This document shows, in pieces, positions 1-12,814 of a stretch of DNA of 64,000 nt. Every line of letters starts with the position of its first letter. The stretch's first letter is position 1. Position numbers and translations under genes: made by a program. The DNA comes from Psammoneis japonica (taxonomy: Eukaryota). The notes under the pieces were generated by a model. The model saw nothing but the letters and a program-made list of their open reading frames with translations. It did not search any database and was not told the DNA's origin. The DNA is taken from assembly GCA_008632985.1 (NCBI GenBank), contig QPGO01000034.1, positions 139,311 through 203,310 on the forward strand, given 5' to 3'.

Positions 1-1540
1 CAAAAGGCCTGTGTGAAGCACAACAACTTTCAATTCATGGCTGTGCCTGGCAACAATGGGAGTGTGCAGAGCAATGGCAAGTGTTGTGAAGAAAAACATT
101 TTGAACCAAATGCATGATGGCAGCAAGTGGGTGCTCTGCTGGCATGTCATGAGCTGCAGAAGCTGTCAGCGCAAGTGCAGCAGAACCAACCATGTGCAAT
201 TGCACCACTCAGTGACAGCTCACATCTGTCAACAAGAGCTCATGACAATGCTTTGGCCACGCCAGTGGCAGTGCCCTGGGTGGCCATCATGGATCCACAG
301 TGTGGAGAGAATGTGAACATTGAGCAACTGGAAATGGCAATCAGCTGATGACCAACATTGAGAAGATTGAAAGAGCAGAAAATGACATTGCACATGCCCC
401 TTGGGGGGGGGTGCTTGACACACACAGAATCAGCACACCAAGACTCTGCAGAGCTGGCAGACTGCCTGGCAGTTTGGGAGGATGAGTGTGAGTGCATGTG
501 CATGGGGTCTGCACCTGAGGCACAAAAATGCCAAGGCTGGCAAGAAGATGCTGAAGAAAGGTGGCACAACACAGCTTCTCTCTTGCTTTGCAGCAATGGC
601 ATCAGCTGACAATCATTGCCTCAAAGAAGCTCCAAAGCAAAGTGTGCGTCATGCCAGTCAGACATCTTTGCATCAACCAAAAGATGACAGTTTTCTGTGA
701 ACATTTTCACTTGGCAAAACTCCTCTTGTGCATTTCCCAAGAAGTGATGCCCATGTCTTACAACCAAAGCTGCCAAGAAGTGATGCCCACATTGGACATT
801 GTTTGTGAGCATGTGTTGCCCCACAATCACGCTTTCAATCTGTCTGACAGACTGGCAACAAGGGTCACAAGAATGTTGGATGGAGGGCAATCATTGGGGG
901 GTGTGGTCATTGGGCTGGAAAGAATTTGCATGACTGTCAAGATGACAACTGGCTGAGGAATCAATGCATTGCAAATGTGTGAGGGCCAGCAGACTGTGCA
1001 CTGCTCTGGCACAAATGCATTTTCACATGATCAAGTGCCCACGTTGGTGATTTGTTTTCCTGGCTCTTCGTTGTTGCTGTTTTGCGGCATGTGCTGATGC
1101 CGGTGCATGTCTTCTGCGATGCTGTTGGGGCAAGATAAATTTTGCACTCACAAAAAGGAGTCCAAACCCATTTGCATTTTCTGAGAAGAGCTGTGCAAGC
1201 TTTGACAGTCTGAGTTTGCAGACAAGCTTCAGCTTTTTGGTGCTCCTGCCATGGCTGGTTTCATTGGGGGAAAGGGGGTGCCCAGGGAAAGTTCTTGGCA
1301 CTCTGGGGACACTTGGGGGTGCCCAGGGATGACTGGGGGTGGGCATCCAGGGACAGTCAGACCTGGTGGGATGTTTTGGTGTCTCCAGCAGGAAGATGTG
1401 GCTTGTCAGGGAGAGAGGGCAACCCCCCCCACCACCAGAGTGGAAGCAGCAAGAGATGGTGACATTCTTCATGTCTGCACAATGTCTTGTTCATTGTTGC
1501 TCCCACATCAAGTTCGATGTCTTGTTCCAGAGCATTGCAG
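1..1540. repeat. Decayed repeat/TE island, TpA- and CpG-depleted, family not identifiable; runs off the window start
   Basis: Almost no TA or CG dinucleotides. Overlapping Cys/His-rich, Tyr-poor spurious ORFs in all frames. TA returns abruptly at ~1540 (gaatagcgataagtagataac). Confidence 0.7.
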
Positions 1541-1842
1541 AATAGCGATAAGTAGATAACATTCATTACGAATGAAAGCCAACTTCCGTCTCGGCCACTG
1601 ATTGTTTCTACTTGAGCCTACGACCAACCGAATGCAAACGTGCCCACATCGAGCGAAAATCGAAAATCGTAGCGGGACTCCGTCGGATTTTCTACGGGCT
1701 TCTCTGGTACAGTTTCTACGCATTCACGAATGGGCCAGCCGCAACAACGAGCGACCGTCACGCTCACCACACAATTTCAAGTTTTGCTTGCATTGAAACA
1801 CTCTGATACCAATCTATCTTTATTGATACTACTACCCCCATT

Positions 1843-3690
1843 ATGATTGCATACATTGCACTACTCATTCAATTTATCAACCTCCTGCTACGCCTATTTC
1901 ACGGTAAGCAGAACCACGGCCGAATCGTTGGCGGTTTCCTTTCGCAAGTGTGGGACAAATTTCGCTACACGATTCACGCTGTCGTGTCCTTTGTCGTTGC
2001 GATCTGGCAAGTTCTCCTCGCCTTGTATGCTGGATTATTCATACACTCCTCGTTGAAGTTGATTGGTGATAAGGTCTATTTCTTGTACTACCGGATTATG
2101 GAAATCGACGACCTTACCACTCTTCTTTGGGATCGAGCGTGCGATGCTGTTGCGGCTGCTCTCGCGGTTGCTGTGGTTGTATGGACCATGTATTATGCCA
2201 TATATGTTCCCTTGCGGTTTGTATCCCCTTGGCTACTGTTGTTGAAGCATAAATTGTTTGGTCGCGGACGTGTCAGTTGGAAACCTGACCCGATAATGCT
2301 TCAACACCATGGCGTTGGCGACGCTCCTCCAGTCCCAACCGGCGTGGCCGCTCCACGAAGTCTTCGGATACCTCGATACACCCGTGCCATTCCCCTCTTG
2401 AATGATCAGCACTTGGCTGCTGCGCTACTTGAGTTCGGCTGGAAACAAGACCGATACATTCGTGAGTATCAAACGGATCCAAGGTATGATCACTGGCGTG
2501 GATGGGTGCGGACTCCAGCAGCAATTGAAGCGGCCAAGGTTGTTGCAGCGGTTGAGGAACCCATTGCTGATGCTCCTCCAGTCCCTACCGGCGTGGCCGC
2601 TTCACGATGTCTTCGGATCCCTCGATACACCCGTGTCATTCCCGTCCTGAATGATCAACAATTGGTTGCTGCGCTGCTCGAGTTTGACTGGAAGCAAGAC
2701 CGATACATTCGTGAGTATCGTACGGATCCAAGGTACGATCACTGGCGTGGCTGGGTGCGGACTCCAGCGGCCATGGAACCGGCCGAGGCTCTTGCTGATC
2801 CAGTAGAAAGGCATGTCAGGTGGAAACCCGACCGAGTGATGACTCAAGACTTTCACGTTGGTGACATTCCTCCAGTCCCAACCCGTGTGCCTGCCAAACG
2901 CGTTCTTCGACGTGCACGTTACACCCGTGTGATACCCGTATTGAATGATGAGCAGTTGGCTGTGGCGATGCTTGAATTTGATGCGGGTCAAGAAGAAAGT
3001 ATTCATTACTGGGACTCTGATCTTTCGTGTGATCACTGGTGTGGCTGGGTGCGGACTCTAGCTGCCATTGGACCCGCTGATGCTACGGACAACAGCCCCA
3101 TTGCAGACGATGCCTCGGATATTTTGGATATGGAACCGGCTGAGGATACGGACAACAATCTAAATGCTGTGGAGGAAGCAGTTCCTGATGTTGTTGAAGA
3201 GCCTTGGGAAGCCTTGAACGAGCCTGCTGCGACTGTTGACGACGCACCAGACGATGCGGAGGTGGGCGTTCCTGTTGCTGTAGTAGAGGAACCTGTCGTT
3301 GAAGCCGTGGACCATCCTGCTGTGGCTATTGACGATGCTCCAGTCGATGCGGAGGTGGGCGTTCCCGTTGCTGACGTTGAGGAACCTGCTGTTGCTGACG
3401 CTACGGACGATCCCGTGATTGCTGTACACGACGAGGAAGTTGTTCTTGGAGCTGTAGCCGAAGAGCCTGACGATACTTTCGACGTTCACGATATGGCTGC
3501 CGACAACAATCCAGTGGCAGAGGAGGATTCTGTTCCTGATGCTGTACTTGTGAGAAACAAGGAAAAGCAAGCCCACACTGGCCAATTGAGACGCTCGCCT
3601 AGGCTCCGTCAAGCCGCTGGCAGTGTCTTTCTTTCGTCTAATACTGGGCGTGTCGTGCGTAGATCCGCAAGGATCATGAGTCGCCGCTAG
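1843..3690 (+). CDS. Hypothetical 615-aa protein: N-terminal hydrophobic helices, three ~80-aa internal repeats, acidic repeats, basic C-terminal RRSxR motifs
   Basis: Long intact ORF with normal composition. Repeat PPVPT...RYTR.IP.LND..L..A.LEF...DHW.GWVRT.AA occurs three times. C-terminus is LRRSPRL...GSVF...RRSARI. Confidence 0.7.
   Translation: MIAYIALLIQFINLLLRLFHGKQNHGRIVGGFLSQVWDKFRYTIHAVVSFVVAIWQVLLALYAGLFIHSSLKLIGDKVYFLYYRIMEIDDLTTLLWDRACDAVAAALAVAVVVWTMYYAIYVPLRFVSPWLLLLKHKLFGRGRVSWKPDPIMLQHHGVGDAPPVPTGVAAPRSLRIPRYTRAIPLLNDQHLAAALLEFGWKQDRYIREYQTDPRYDHWRGWVRTPAAIEAAKVVAAVEEPIADAPPVPTGVAASRCLRIPRYTRVIPVLNDQQLVAALLEFDWKQDRYIREYRTDPRYDHWRGWVRTPAAMEPAEALADPVERHVRWKPDRVMTQDFHVGDIPPVPTRVPAKRVLRRARYTRVIPVLNDEQLAVAMLEFDAGQEESIHYWDSDLSCDHWCGWVRTLAAIGPADATDNSPIADDASDILDMEPAEDTDNNLNAVEEAVPDVVEEPWEALNEPAATVDDAPDDAEVGVPVAVVEEPVVEAVDHPAVAIDDAPVDAEVGVPVADVEEPAVADATDDPVIAVHDEEVVLGAVAEEPDDTFDVHDMAADNNPVAEEDSVPDAVLVRNKEKQAHTGQLRRSPRLRQAAGSVFLSSNTGRVVRRSARIMSRR
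2320..3066 (+). repeat. Coding tandem repeat, three units starting at ~2320, 2569 and 2863
   Basis: Units 1 and 2 are highly similar at DNA level with a 249-bp period; unit 3 is more diverged. Confidence 0.9.
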
Positions 3691-4479
3691 ACTCATTATC
3701 TGCTTCTTTTGTACCATTGGAACTCGAGCATGCATGGGGGCATCTCTCGATTCCATTTCACTGTACAATACAGCTTTTATGCGCATCAAAGACTCGCCAA
3801 CATTGCACGATTTTGTCGTGCAATTCATAATACCATGGGGTGCACTCGTTGTGTCACATTACATTCGATTGCACCCCCAATGTAAGTCAATTTCGTGCCT
3901 CCTTTCCCTTTTCATGCGAGACTTGTTTACTGACCTTGTTTTTCATTTTCATTTCACAACATAAAAATATATCCTTTACCCGGTTCGACCACCCGACTTG
4001 AAACGATACGACAGACAGTCTTTGTTGAAATACTAAGGTTCAAGTAACCGTGGGTCCCGCCCCGCAACTTACGTTTTTTCAAACAAAATGTGTACCAGGC
4101 ATGATTGGTCTTTCAACATAAAGAATACTCTGTTCGTATCGGCTCGAGACCCGTGGAGGTCAATGGACCAAACCTATAACTTTGAATGTCGGATGCGGAG
4201 AAATACGAATTAAAATACGGTAGTAGTGACAAAACGGAATCGGACGCCAAGGATAGCGGCTCCATTGTTGTTACGTATTCCGTGGCGTCTAGTAATAATT
4301 AGTAGGGCCTGGGTTTAACCGTGTAGTGGTACTTTAATTTGGTATTCCCGTCCTGTGTAGTCAGATATTGTGTAAAGCTTGCGTACGAAGTATGTCTATT
4401 AGTTGCCATGAAGAATTATTAGGTCTACACGAAGGAAATCAGACGTTTTTTCCGCGTTCTCATAGGTCCAACACGGTAG

Positions 4480-6291
4480 CTACAAGCCTTTTCGAATCAT
4501 GGCCAGAGCCATGTCTTCTTGCGCCTTGATGTCAATGCTGCCACGAGTATCCTTGTCATCACTACTTATGATGATGAAGACGATCCTGAATCGCTCTCTT
4601 CGTCGCTGCGGCTGCTGCTACTACTAGAAGATACCTCGTCATCACTATGTCCACCAAGTCACCATCATGCCAGTATCCTGCTGCTGCTCATCCAATGCAC
4701 CCTTTGCTTTGATTCGTTTCCGTTTTTGCATTTCCCATACTCGCTCCTTTTCCTGTTCACGATCCTGTTTCATGCCATCCTCCAACCGCTGACGCACCTT
4801 GTCGACATAGGATTGATTTGCATCCGCCAACGAGTCCCGTTCCTCATGCATAGTGTCGGTATTATTCAAAGAAAGCTTGGTAGGATCCTGTTCCCGCCCT
4901 TCGTCATCAAAGACGATTCGTTTATTCTTGGCATCTAAGCCTCCCTCGACCTTGATTCTCTTTGCCTTTCGAGTTTTGGTAACTTCATGAATGCCACCCT
5001 CGGTGCGTCTACATCCTCCTGGCTCTACTCGTGCCGTTGCTTTAAAACCAACAAGTCGCCCACTTCTTTCTCCTTTTCGTTTGTACTTTCCAGCGGACGC
5101 TTCTTGTTGTCGAGTTCAGCAATCTTTTTCGTCAACTTTTCCGCCTTGATTTGCTCATTAAGCTTTTGTAGCTTGTGATTGACTTTTTTTGGATTTGCGC
5201 ACCTGCGTTCGATCCTTGATTATTTGTAGAAAGCGAAGGTTGGGAGTGAAGGGCAGTCCCAGAGAAGTGGCAAACTCGTCCACGGCCAAGTAATCCAACT
5301 TGAAGATGTCCTTGTTTGGCGTTAAATGAATCGATCGTAGATAGGATTGAAACGCCTTTTTGGCGAGCGATTGTAGTTTAGGATTTGACGCGACAAGCGA
5401 GGCTGCACGTTGGGTAACAAGAACCGTCTTGGTTGGGTTCATGGCCATCTTTTTCAATAAAACGCGAGACTTGCTCAGCAATTCCATTATGCCGGCTTCT
5501 TCCTGTGGCGTGACACATATTAACGACTTTCCACCAAGATTGTACCGTGTCATTCGTATCACACGATGGGGAGCACCCACTTGAACGACCGAATCGACAC
5601 TTGCAAAGTCCAACCCACGTGCCACAACGTCTGTCGCAAACAAGACGGCGTTGGGTCGATGGACAAAGTCAAAATAAATAGAGGTTCGTTTGGTTTGTAC
5701 CAGCTTGCCGTGCAATGCCATGACGGGAATTCCGGGTAGGTTGAAGCGCACAAGAGAGCTGCCACGGGGAACATGACGCCAAGAATATAATCGATTTTGA
5801 TTTGAGATGTGACTTGATAAAGGAATACACCATGTTGAGCTTGTGCTCGAGAGGAACCACAACAGCAGACTGAACCAGATTGGATGGAAAAGATGTTGAT
5901 TCCTTATCATGTACACCAAGGTATTCGGGCTTTTTCAGCGACAACGCAGCCAAATCAGAAACTCGTTTCGTCTGCGTTGCAGAAAACAAACAAAGTTTGT
6001 CGTTCACTCGGGCCGCAGCCAAAATGTCTCTTCCACATAGATCATGAGGGATACAAGCGTTTTGTATTTCAGTCATGGTGACAAAGTTAGCTCCATCCAA
6101 TCCACGCAACGTAGCTTCTGACGAAGGGCAAAGCTCGAAACGAAACGTGCTGACCAAGCGTAGGAGTATCCTCGACCAGGAGGTTCTGCAGCAACCCGAT
6201 GTTGAAGACTCTCAATCTCCTGCTCTCATTTTACAACATGTCTCTCATCGCCCTGCTTCTTTTGGGGATAGCGGCGCTTGTACTTGGCCAT
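4480..6291 (-). pseudogene. DBP4: DEAD-box RNA helicase DBP4/DDX10 pseudogene
   Basis: Fragments FVTMTEIQNACIPH..GRDILAAAR, LFSATQTKRVSDLAALSLKKPEY, LHGKLVQTKR, VLFATDVVARGLDF, AKKAFQSYLRSIHL and C-terminal QEDMALAMIRKGL*. Motif I (GKT) through DEAD is deleted, motif VI is corrupted (HRVIRMTR), and there are several frameshifts. Confidence 0.85.
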
Positions 6292-6449
6292 GGTGTTTGT
6301 TTCTTCGCTCAAAGTGAGGAGAAAAAAGAAAAAATGAGTGGATTCTGCGAACAGCTCAGCACCTAGTTGACTCCATCGACTAAAAATCTACAGCACAAGT
6401 TCGTCGTCGAAGAATCATCTGCGACCCCAGTCATCTTCGATTGACTGGA

Positions 6450-9010
6450 CCTTTCATGCTGGAACCAAAAACTTCATTGTTTCCTTTCTCTGCACTTGAC
6501 TGGAGGCAGTCAATCTGGTGGAGCAAGATGATGACATGCTGGACATGGATGGTCATGGTGAAAACTCACTCCGTTTGAACCCATGCAATTTAGCCAGAAC
6601 AGCACGCTCCATCAGAAACTGCACAACACATCAAATGCACTCCTCAAATGCATGCATTTGAGTGCATCTGTTCCATGCAGACAGGCTGGACAACATGCAC
6701 ATTTAAAAGCACCAAGCATTCAAAGAATTGCTTGCAATTGAAAATGGACAAACTGCACTCACAAAATTAAAAACAACAGCACTCATCAGCTTGGAGTGAT
6801 TCCAGGATGATGGGTTGGCATGGACCAGCCAGCTCAATTGGATGAGTTGTTGAGTTCTGAGAAACCAGTGCTGCACCACAAAAAACATCAAAACACAATG
6901 CATGAACACTGGCAAGCAGCAACCACAGAAAAATGCCATCATTGTCACACATGGCTTTCTCTCATTGGGTGAGTTGCAGCATTGCTGTCACCCAAAGTGA
7001 AGCACAAACACTGATGACACAAGCATGTTGTCACTGTGTTTGCAGGTGAGAGGCTGCTGGTGGCGGGGTTGGATGGCAAGAAAGGCTGAGAAAGTGCACA
7101 CAAAAAGTTGTCCTGCTGCAAAGAGACAACAGCACGGAGCTGATCAAAGACAACCAAAAAGCAAGTGCCATGTGGGTGTGAGTCAAATGCAACATTCCAT
7201 GCTGACAAATGTGCTGTGTCTGCTGCAATGAAACACAGAATCAACAGGGGGTGGGGGGTTGTGAAATCAGAGCAAGAAAAGCACTCACAAGTGATGAGAA
7301 AGGCCTGCAAAAAGACAAAGGCAGGCAAAGCTTGAGGAAAGGGTTTGGGAGCAAAAGGCAGTGAACAGCAAGACGGAAGGTTGGGAGGCACCTGCTTGAA
7401 AACTGTTGCAGCAGTGGGAAAGACAGCTGCAACACTGCTGACAAAGAGCACAGTGACAAGATGCAAAGACAAACCCTTGGAGAAGGAGGGTGAGATGATT
7501 GTCAGAGCAGCAAAGACAAGGGAAGTGACAATGACAAGACTGAGAAACGAAACAATGACAGGCAAGAAATGCAGAGAAGCCCAAGAAAGAGGCACAGAAG
7601 CACAATCATGCACACCAACAAAAGTGCTAAAACTGAACACTGGCAAGTGGGGCAGGAAAACAACTTGTGGAGCAGTTCAGAGCCAGTTTGTTGAAATGCA
7701 AACTCAGCTGTGTGGTGAGAAGACATTTGTGTGGAGGACAAGAGATGCAATTGATGGGACTTGTTTTGCAGTTGAACAAATGTTTGAACAAAAGAAGTCA
7801 ATGGGCATTGCAGACAATCTGAGTTTTTGGTCAACAAATGAGTCATTTTTGTTGTGGACAAATGTTCTCACCAAGCAGCCAGGGAAAGTTGGCTTGGGCA
7901 AAAGAATTGCTCAATCACCTGGCAGAAAATGATGTGCATGAGACGGGACATTTTTGCATTCAGGGCAGAGGAATGCCCCGCCATGTCAGAATGACCAAAA
8001 GCAAAATGATCTGCACCTTGGATGCAGGTGCCAGTGTTGCGATCCTCCTGCCAGCACTCCACATCTTGCCACTGTCTGTTCAGGTGTGTGGTCTGTGAGC
8101 CCACCGCTGAAAGTCCCAATGATTTTGCAAGCTCTGAGCTGGCAAACTGCTTGTGCAATCTCATCATCCATTGAGAGCCAATTGTCTGTGGTGGGGCATC
8201 TTTCTTAGATTGCAACATGAGTCAGCTCTTCCAGAGGGGGGTGTTGGTTCTTCCTGGTGTTCGTGCAAGTCCTTGTCATCTCCTCTGTGGTGGCAGCAGA
8301 GACAGAGCTGCTGTCAAAAGAGAAGGCTTGTGAGGCTTGCCAATCCCTGGCAACACCACCAGAGATCTTCAGTTGACTCCATGCCTTCTGCAGACCATGC
8401 TCAGCAAGAGCTGCCTCAATGGGTGCACAGGCTGTCACATCCATCATTTGAGCCACTTCCTCAATCTGTCTCAAAGGTGCCTGTTGGATGCACCACACAA
8501 GGGATGCAATGTGCTGCGGTTGCTCTGTCAACAAGGTGCTTGTCTGTCTGCAGAGCAGAACATTCTCATCGCTGCAGAGCAGATGCACAAGAACTTTTTT
8601 CTCAATGTTCAGTGGGGAAGAAGGTTGGGTGGATGTGTGTGTCACTTGTGGATGGAGCAAGAGAAGAAGTGCTCATGCACCAGCAGGAGAGGCAGTTGTG
8701 CATGGTGCGGGGTCTTGGACACCAGGGGGTGTGCAGGGGACAGCATTGCCTGCAGCCACAGAGGCAGGACTCATTGCATCATTGCAGATTGGTGGATCAC
8801 CATGAATCACCACTTGGTGATTGGAGGTGAGCAGCGGAGGGTCATCCCACAGATGTGCACACCACACCTCCTCTTGAAAAATGCATTTGTCTGCACTCAA
8901 GAATCAAGAAATGGTGCCACACCGGGAACTGACCGCCTCATCCCTTCTCCACTGCCTCCAAGTGTTGCTGTGATGTCCATCATGTCATCCAAAGACAAGC
9001 AGTGGCATGT
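6450..9010. repeat. Decayed TE island, TpA/CpG-depleted, family unassigned
   Basis: TA is nearly absent except in ttaa/ttag/ctaa contexts. No recognisable intact protein. Confidence 0.7.
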
Positions 9011-9527
9011 CCTCCAGACCGCATGGGAAGACGTGTGTCGTGTTCTCGTTCATGGGTGAGGGTGTCTCCGATTCTGTCCGGTGTGATGACACATGCTCAC
9101 ACCCAACGAGGCAGATTGCAGACAGTTTTCGAGTCGAGGGAATCCGAAAGTGGTCACAGACTATTTCTCCTTCACACTCTTCCTTTCGATCTAAATGCTT
9201 GCTACGGTACTCTAGAGCAGTCTTAGTTTCGTTGATTGTACCTGATGCCAATTCCTTCAAGAAAATTCCATTTCATTTCTTCGAGAGACAATAAAGACGG
9301 AATACCGTAGCATTCATCTGTCCATCCCTCGCATTCGGAAATCTGCTTTCCACAACCTCTGCTAAACTCTTGTGCCTCTATATCTACCAAAAAATCTGAA
9401 CTCTGTAGTAGCTACACTAGACTGACAATGAGCTACCTTTTTGTTAACTAGGCTTTGTTATTAGTCGGTCGGTAGGTCGGTGGTCGGTCGGTCGCGGACG
9501 ATCGAGAGAGAAAAGCTGGATGAAATG

Positions 9528-11006
9528 TCACAGGTGACGCCTTTTCACCGGTGCCTGTAAGTCTGGCGGGCTCAATCGCAGCTTCAGTAGCTCTTCACGA
9601 AGAAAGGTTTGAACTTGTCTGCTGGTGGCTCGCTTTTTTGGATCGTGAACCCAGCACATTTGCATGGCATTCAAAACTGCTTTGACTTCTGGTTCTTTGC
9701 TATCGAGAATCTTCTCTGGCATCTTCGGTCTTTCACCTTTCATAACTTTCTTTTGTGCTGCTTTTTCCTTTTCGCCCTGAAAAGGCCACAACCCAGTTGT
9801 GATAGAGTAGAAGACGTTGCCCATAGAATATATGTCAATCTTTTCAGTTTGGTTATCGTAGCGGTACTCCTCAGGACTACGGTTTGTTCCAGGATTGTTG
9901 CCAACCTTGAAGGGACAGGGCTCGTTCGTTTTGTTATTCCATCTCAAGTATCGGGCCCGGTTAAAATCGTTGAGCTTGTAGCGATCTCCGACTAGAACAA
10001 ACTGAGTTGAAGCAATATCGGAATGCGCTATAGACGCTGTGCCTTCTTTGTCGATGTTGTGCATATCAGCAACGCCAGAAGCGACCTGATAGGCTGCAAG
10101 CAAAAGAGCAGTGGTGTTGGGTTGGTCATCGTAACTCCACGCATCCAAGTCGCCACCATCGGCAAATTCAGAAACCACGCTGTTGCCACAAAATCCATAA
10201 ATATCAATAACGTGTGAAGACGTGGATAAGTGCTCCATAGCAACTGCATCTCGGCGATGACGATCATAGTTTCGCTCTTCGTAGTCATGCGTATAACGCA
10301 ACGTTTTAATAATCATGTCTCGACGCCTAAAGTCACGGACCCTCCAAACGTCACGCCAGTAGCCATTGCTAAGGAGGCGAACTGGTACGTGTCTCCTGTG
10401 CTGAGCATGAAGATTGGTCAACGGCAACTCGTGCATTGTGTTACACGTTGGAAAGGATTTCTTTTGCCATTCGTATTGCGCAACACAATCTCCTTCTTCA
10501 AACGGATCCGCTTGACCATAATAGTAATCGTCTGAATCAAGTAAGCCCTGTTGTGCTTTGATTGCCCTTTTGGATAGTTTCACAATGTTGTGAGATAGGC
10601 GACGCTGCATGTTTGGGTCCAGCCGCTGGGCGCCGATGAATGTCTCTGTTTCCACTCCTGCAAAATAATACCCCATGGAACGAGGGTGAACGTCAATAGG
10701 TTCAAGCCGACGCCCTTTCCATGAAGTGACCCGGCTCGTTTTGAGGAAGCCTCTCGTTGGTGTCGGCATGTCGGCTGACTTGAGGAAAGTTGTTGCAATC
10801 CCTATCGCACAACACGCATATAGGACCGCTTTTCTTGTTGCGAATATTTTGGCATTTTTAGACCGTGACCACTGTGAAAGTCTGAGACGGAAACCCCTGC
10901 CGAACATGTACCGATCATGAATCTTTCTGTCGTCGACGACGCGCTGAGTTCTTCTGGCAGGTTGAGGTAGCACGTTCGGGCTGCGTCTGGATAATTTACG
11001 CTCCAT
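9528..11006 (-). CDS. Protein kinase-like, PKDCC/VLK-like type II membrane/secretory kinase; intronless
   Basis: Motifs TCNTMHE, GYWRDVW, IIKTLR, RHRRDAVAME, IAHSDIASTQFV, KLNDFNRAR, RSPEEY and KIDIYSMGN. One N-terminal hydrophobic segment. Likely ATG at 11006. Confidence 0.88.
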   Translation of the reverse strand: MERKLSRRSPNVLPQPARRTQRVVDDRKIHDRYMFGRGFRLRLSQWSRSKNAKIFATRKAVLYACCAIGIATTFLKSADMPTPTRGFLKTSRVTSWKGRRLEPIDVHPRSMGYYFAGVETETFIGAQRLDPNMQRRLSHNIVKLSKRAIKAQQGLLDSDDYYYGQADPFEEGDCVAQYEWQKKSFPTCNTMHELPLTNLHAQHRRHVPVRLLSNGYWRDVWRVRDFRRRDMIIKTLRYTHDYEERNYDRHRRDAVAMEHLSTSSHVIDIYGFCGNSVVSEFADGGDLDAWSYDDQPNTTALLLAAYQVASGVADMHNIDKEGTASIAHSDIASTQFVLVGDRYKLNDFNRARYLRWNNKTNEPCPFKVGNNPGTNRSPEEYRYDNQTEKIDIYSMGNVFYSITTGLWPFQGEKEKAAQKKVMKGERPKMPEKILDSKEPEVKAVLNAMQMCWVHDPKKRATSRQVQTFLREELLKLRLSPPDLQAPVKRRHL

Positions 11007-11829
11007 TTTGAAACCTACTGTATGGTTCAATGCAGAGGTATGAATAGCAACTCTTTTGCCACAAAGAACGGTACCGGTATCCTCAATCCTCAACGCTCAT
11101 CCTCATCCAACCTCCAACACCGTTTCCGCTGGCTCTGTGGCCGCGCGCGAGACGGACATTTTCGCGAATGAAATATTCCGCCAAGAAATGACTTGAAGCT
11201 TCAGTTTTCGAACTGTGCGGGGGAAGCCAACAACAGCCATCAAAGCATGGGTGCTGGGTGCGGAAGAAGCAAGGTTTGAAGGTGCTGCATCTGCCATCTT
11301 TACGGTGACAAAGTGAGACTTCCAGAAATTTAAGGAGCACCATGAGGTCTGCATTGAAGCTTGTGTGCTGTCTGCTTCTGCCATTCTTGGTGGGTGCAAA
11401 AGCTTTTGTTCCAGCCCTGCAATTGATCCAACGGTGCGGCAGCTCCACACTGGTGGCATGTTTCACCTCCAACAAGGGCTTTGGTGCGTCATCCTCCAAG
11501 AAATCGAAAAAGGATGTGGGAGTCATCGCCAAGCTCTCCAACAAGGCCAAGAAATTGTCAAAAAAGAATGGCGACAATGTGGGTGCCACCAGCAATGAGC
11601 ACTTTCAATCACAACGGAAAAAAACATGAACAACAATGATGCAACAATTCTTCATCATGAGAGCTGAGCTCCAGACGTTGTCTTTGTGAAGCAACATTGG
11701 GAGTTCGACAGACCGCATCATGGCAGGATGGAGATGGTGCACTCTGGAGATCAGCTGGGTTTTAAAATGTGTGCCCCCTTTCGATGATTTTCAACTGAGG
11801 CTGAATCGACATTTAGCAGCATTTTTTTA

Positions 11830-12814
11830 AGGATGGATCTATGTGCTGCGGTCTGTTTTTGGGAGCTCGTAATTTTTATGAAAATGGCCTGGGTGCATCG
11901 CAGCAAATGCGCGCGCGTTCGCAAAAAAAAATTCAGCGATCGGTCGAACTTTGTCCATTCACCAGACACCCAGAGTGCTTGAACAACAGGTGTGACCATG
12001 CGCAACTTTTGCCTTGACGACTGCAGACATGTCTGCAGCCTGTCAAATGCCACTTGTCGGCATTTCCCGGAAAGTTGCCGCTGATCTCCCATGAGAAGCC
12101 CAATTTTAGTGAAAATCAGTGGTGTTTTTGACCTGACAACAGGGCATGGGTCAACAAGTGGCATTTGAAGTGCCAAACGCGCAGCTCTTGTGGCCGTCTG
12201 ACAGCCCCTGTGAGGGTTTGATGAACGCATGAGTGTTTGGGGGTGTTCCGAGGCAGGTCAAAATAACACGGTGAAGTGTGGGAAATGCGAGCCATTTTAA
12301 ATTAGACCACAGCGCATGGATCCATCCTCAAATGGCTCATGATTCTACAATTTGCTCGCACTTCGCCCGTGTCATTTTGCGATGCATCTGAGCACCCCCA
12401 AACACTTGCAGCATGCACGTGTCCGGCCCCCATCAGGGCCATTAGACCTTTGTGTGAACCACACTTGTCAACCTTCAAATGCCAATTGTCGCTTTGGGTG
12501 CGGTTGTTGTGTTCGACAAACCACTGTTTTTCGCCAAAATCGGACTGTTTGTGGCAGATGAGCCACAACTTTCCAGGAAAGGCCGACAACTGGCGTTTGA
12601 CTGGCTGCAGACACATCTGCGGTCGTCATTCTAGAGATCCCGAACCTTCACATTCATTGTGCATGCATTCCATGACATCTTGCCAACGGACAAAGTTCGA
12701 CCTGTCGCTGAACATGTTTTTGGCGAACGCGCGCATTGTAGTACGAAGAATCCGGGTCATTTTTAAACACATGCGAGCTCTAAATAAAATCGACCGCTAA
12801 ACATCGATCCATCC
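11830..12814. repeat. ~1-kb imperfect palindrome (foldback/MITE-like) with ~490-bp arms, centre ~12313
   Basis: 11906 aatgcgcgcgcgttcgc...ggtcgaactttgtcc matches the reverse complement of 12688-12737. 12020-12090 matches the reverse complement of 12566-12622. gagccatttt/aaatggctc flank the centre. Confidence 0.88.

Noticed and set aside
9463..9500. Short (GGTC)n repeat, and similar gtcggca repeats at 58825-58862, as an array or CRISPR
   Set aside because: These are degenerate microsatellites with no repeat-spacer structure. No CRISPR, rRNA or tRNA was recognised in the window.
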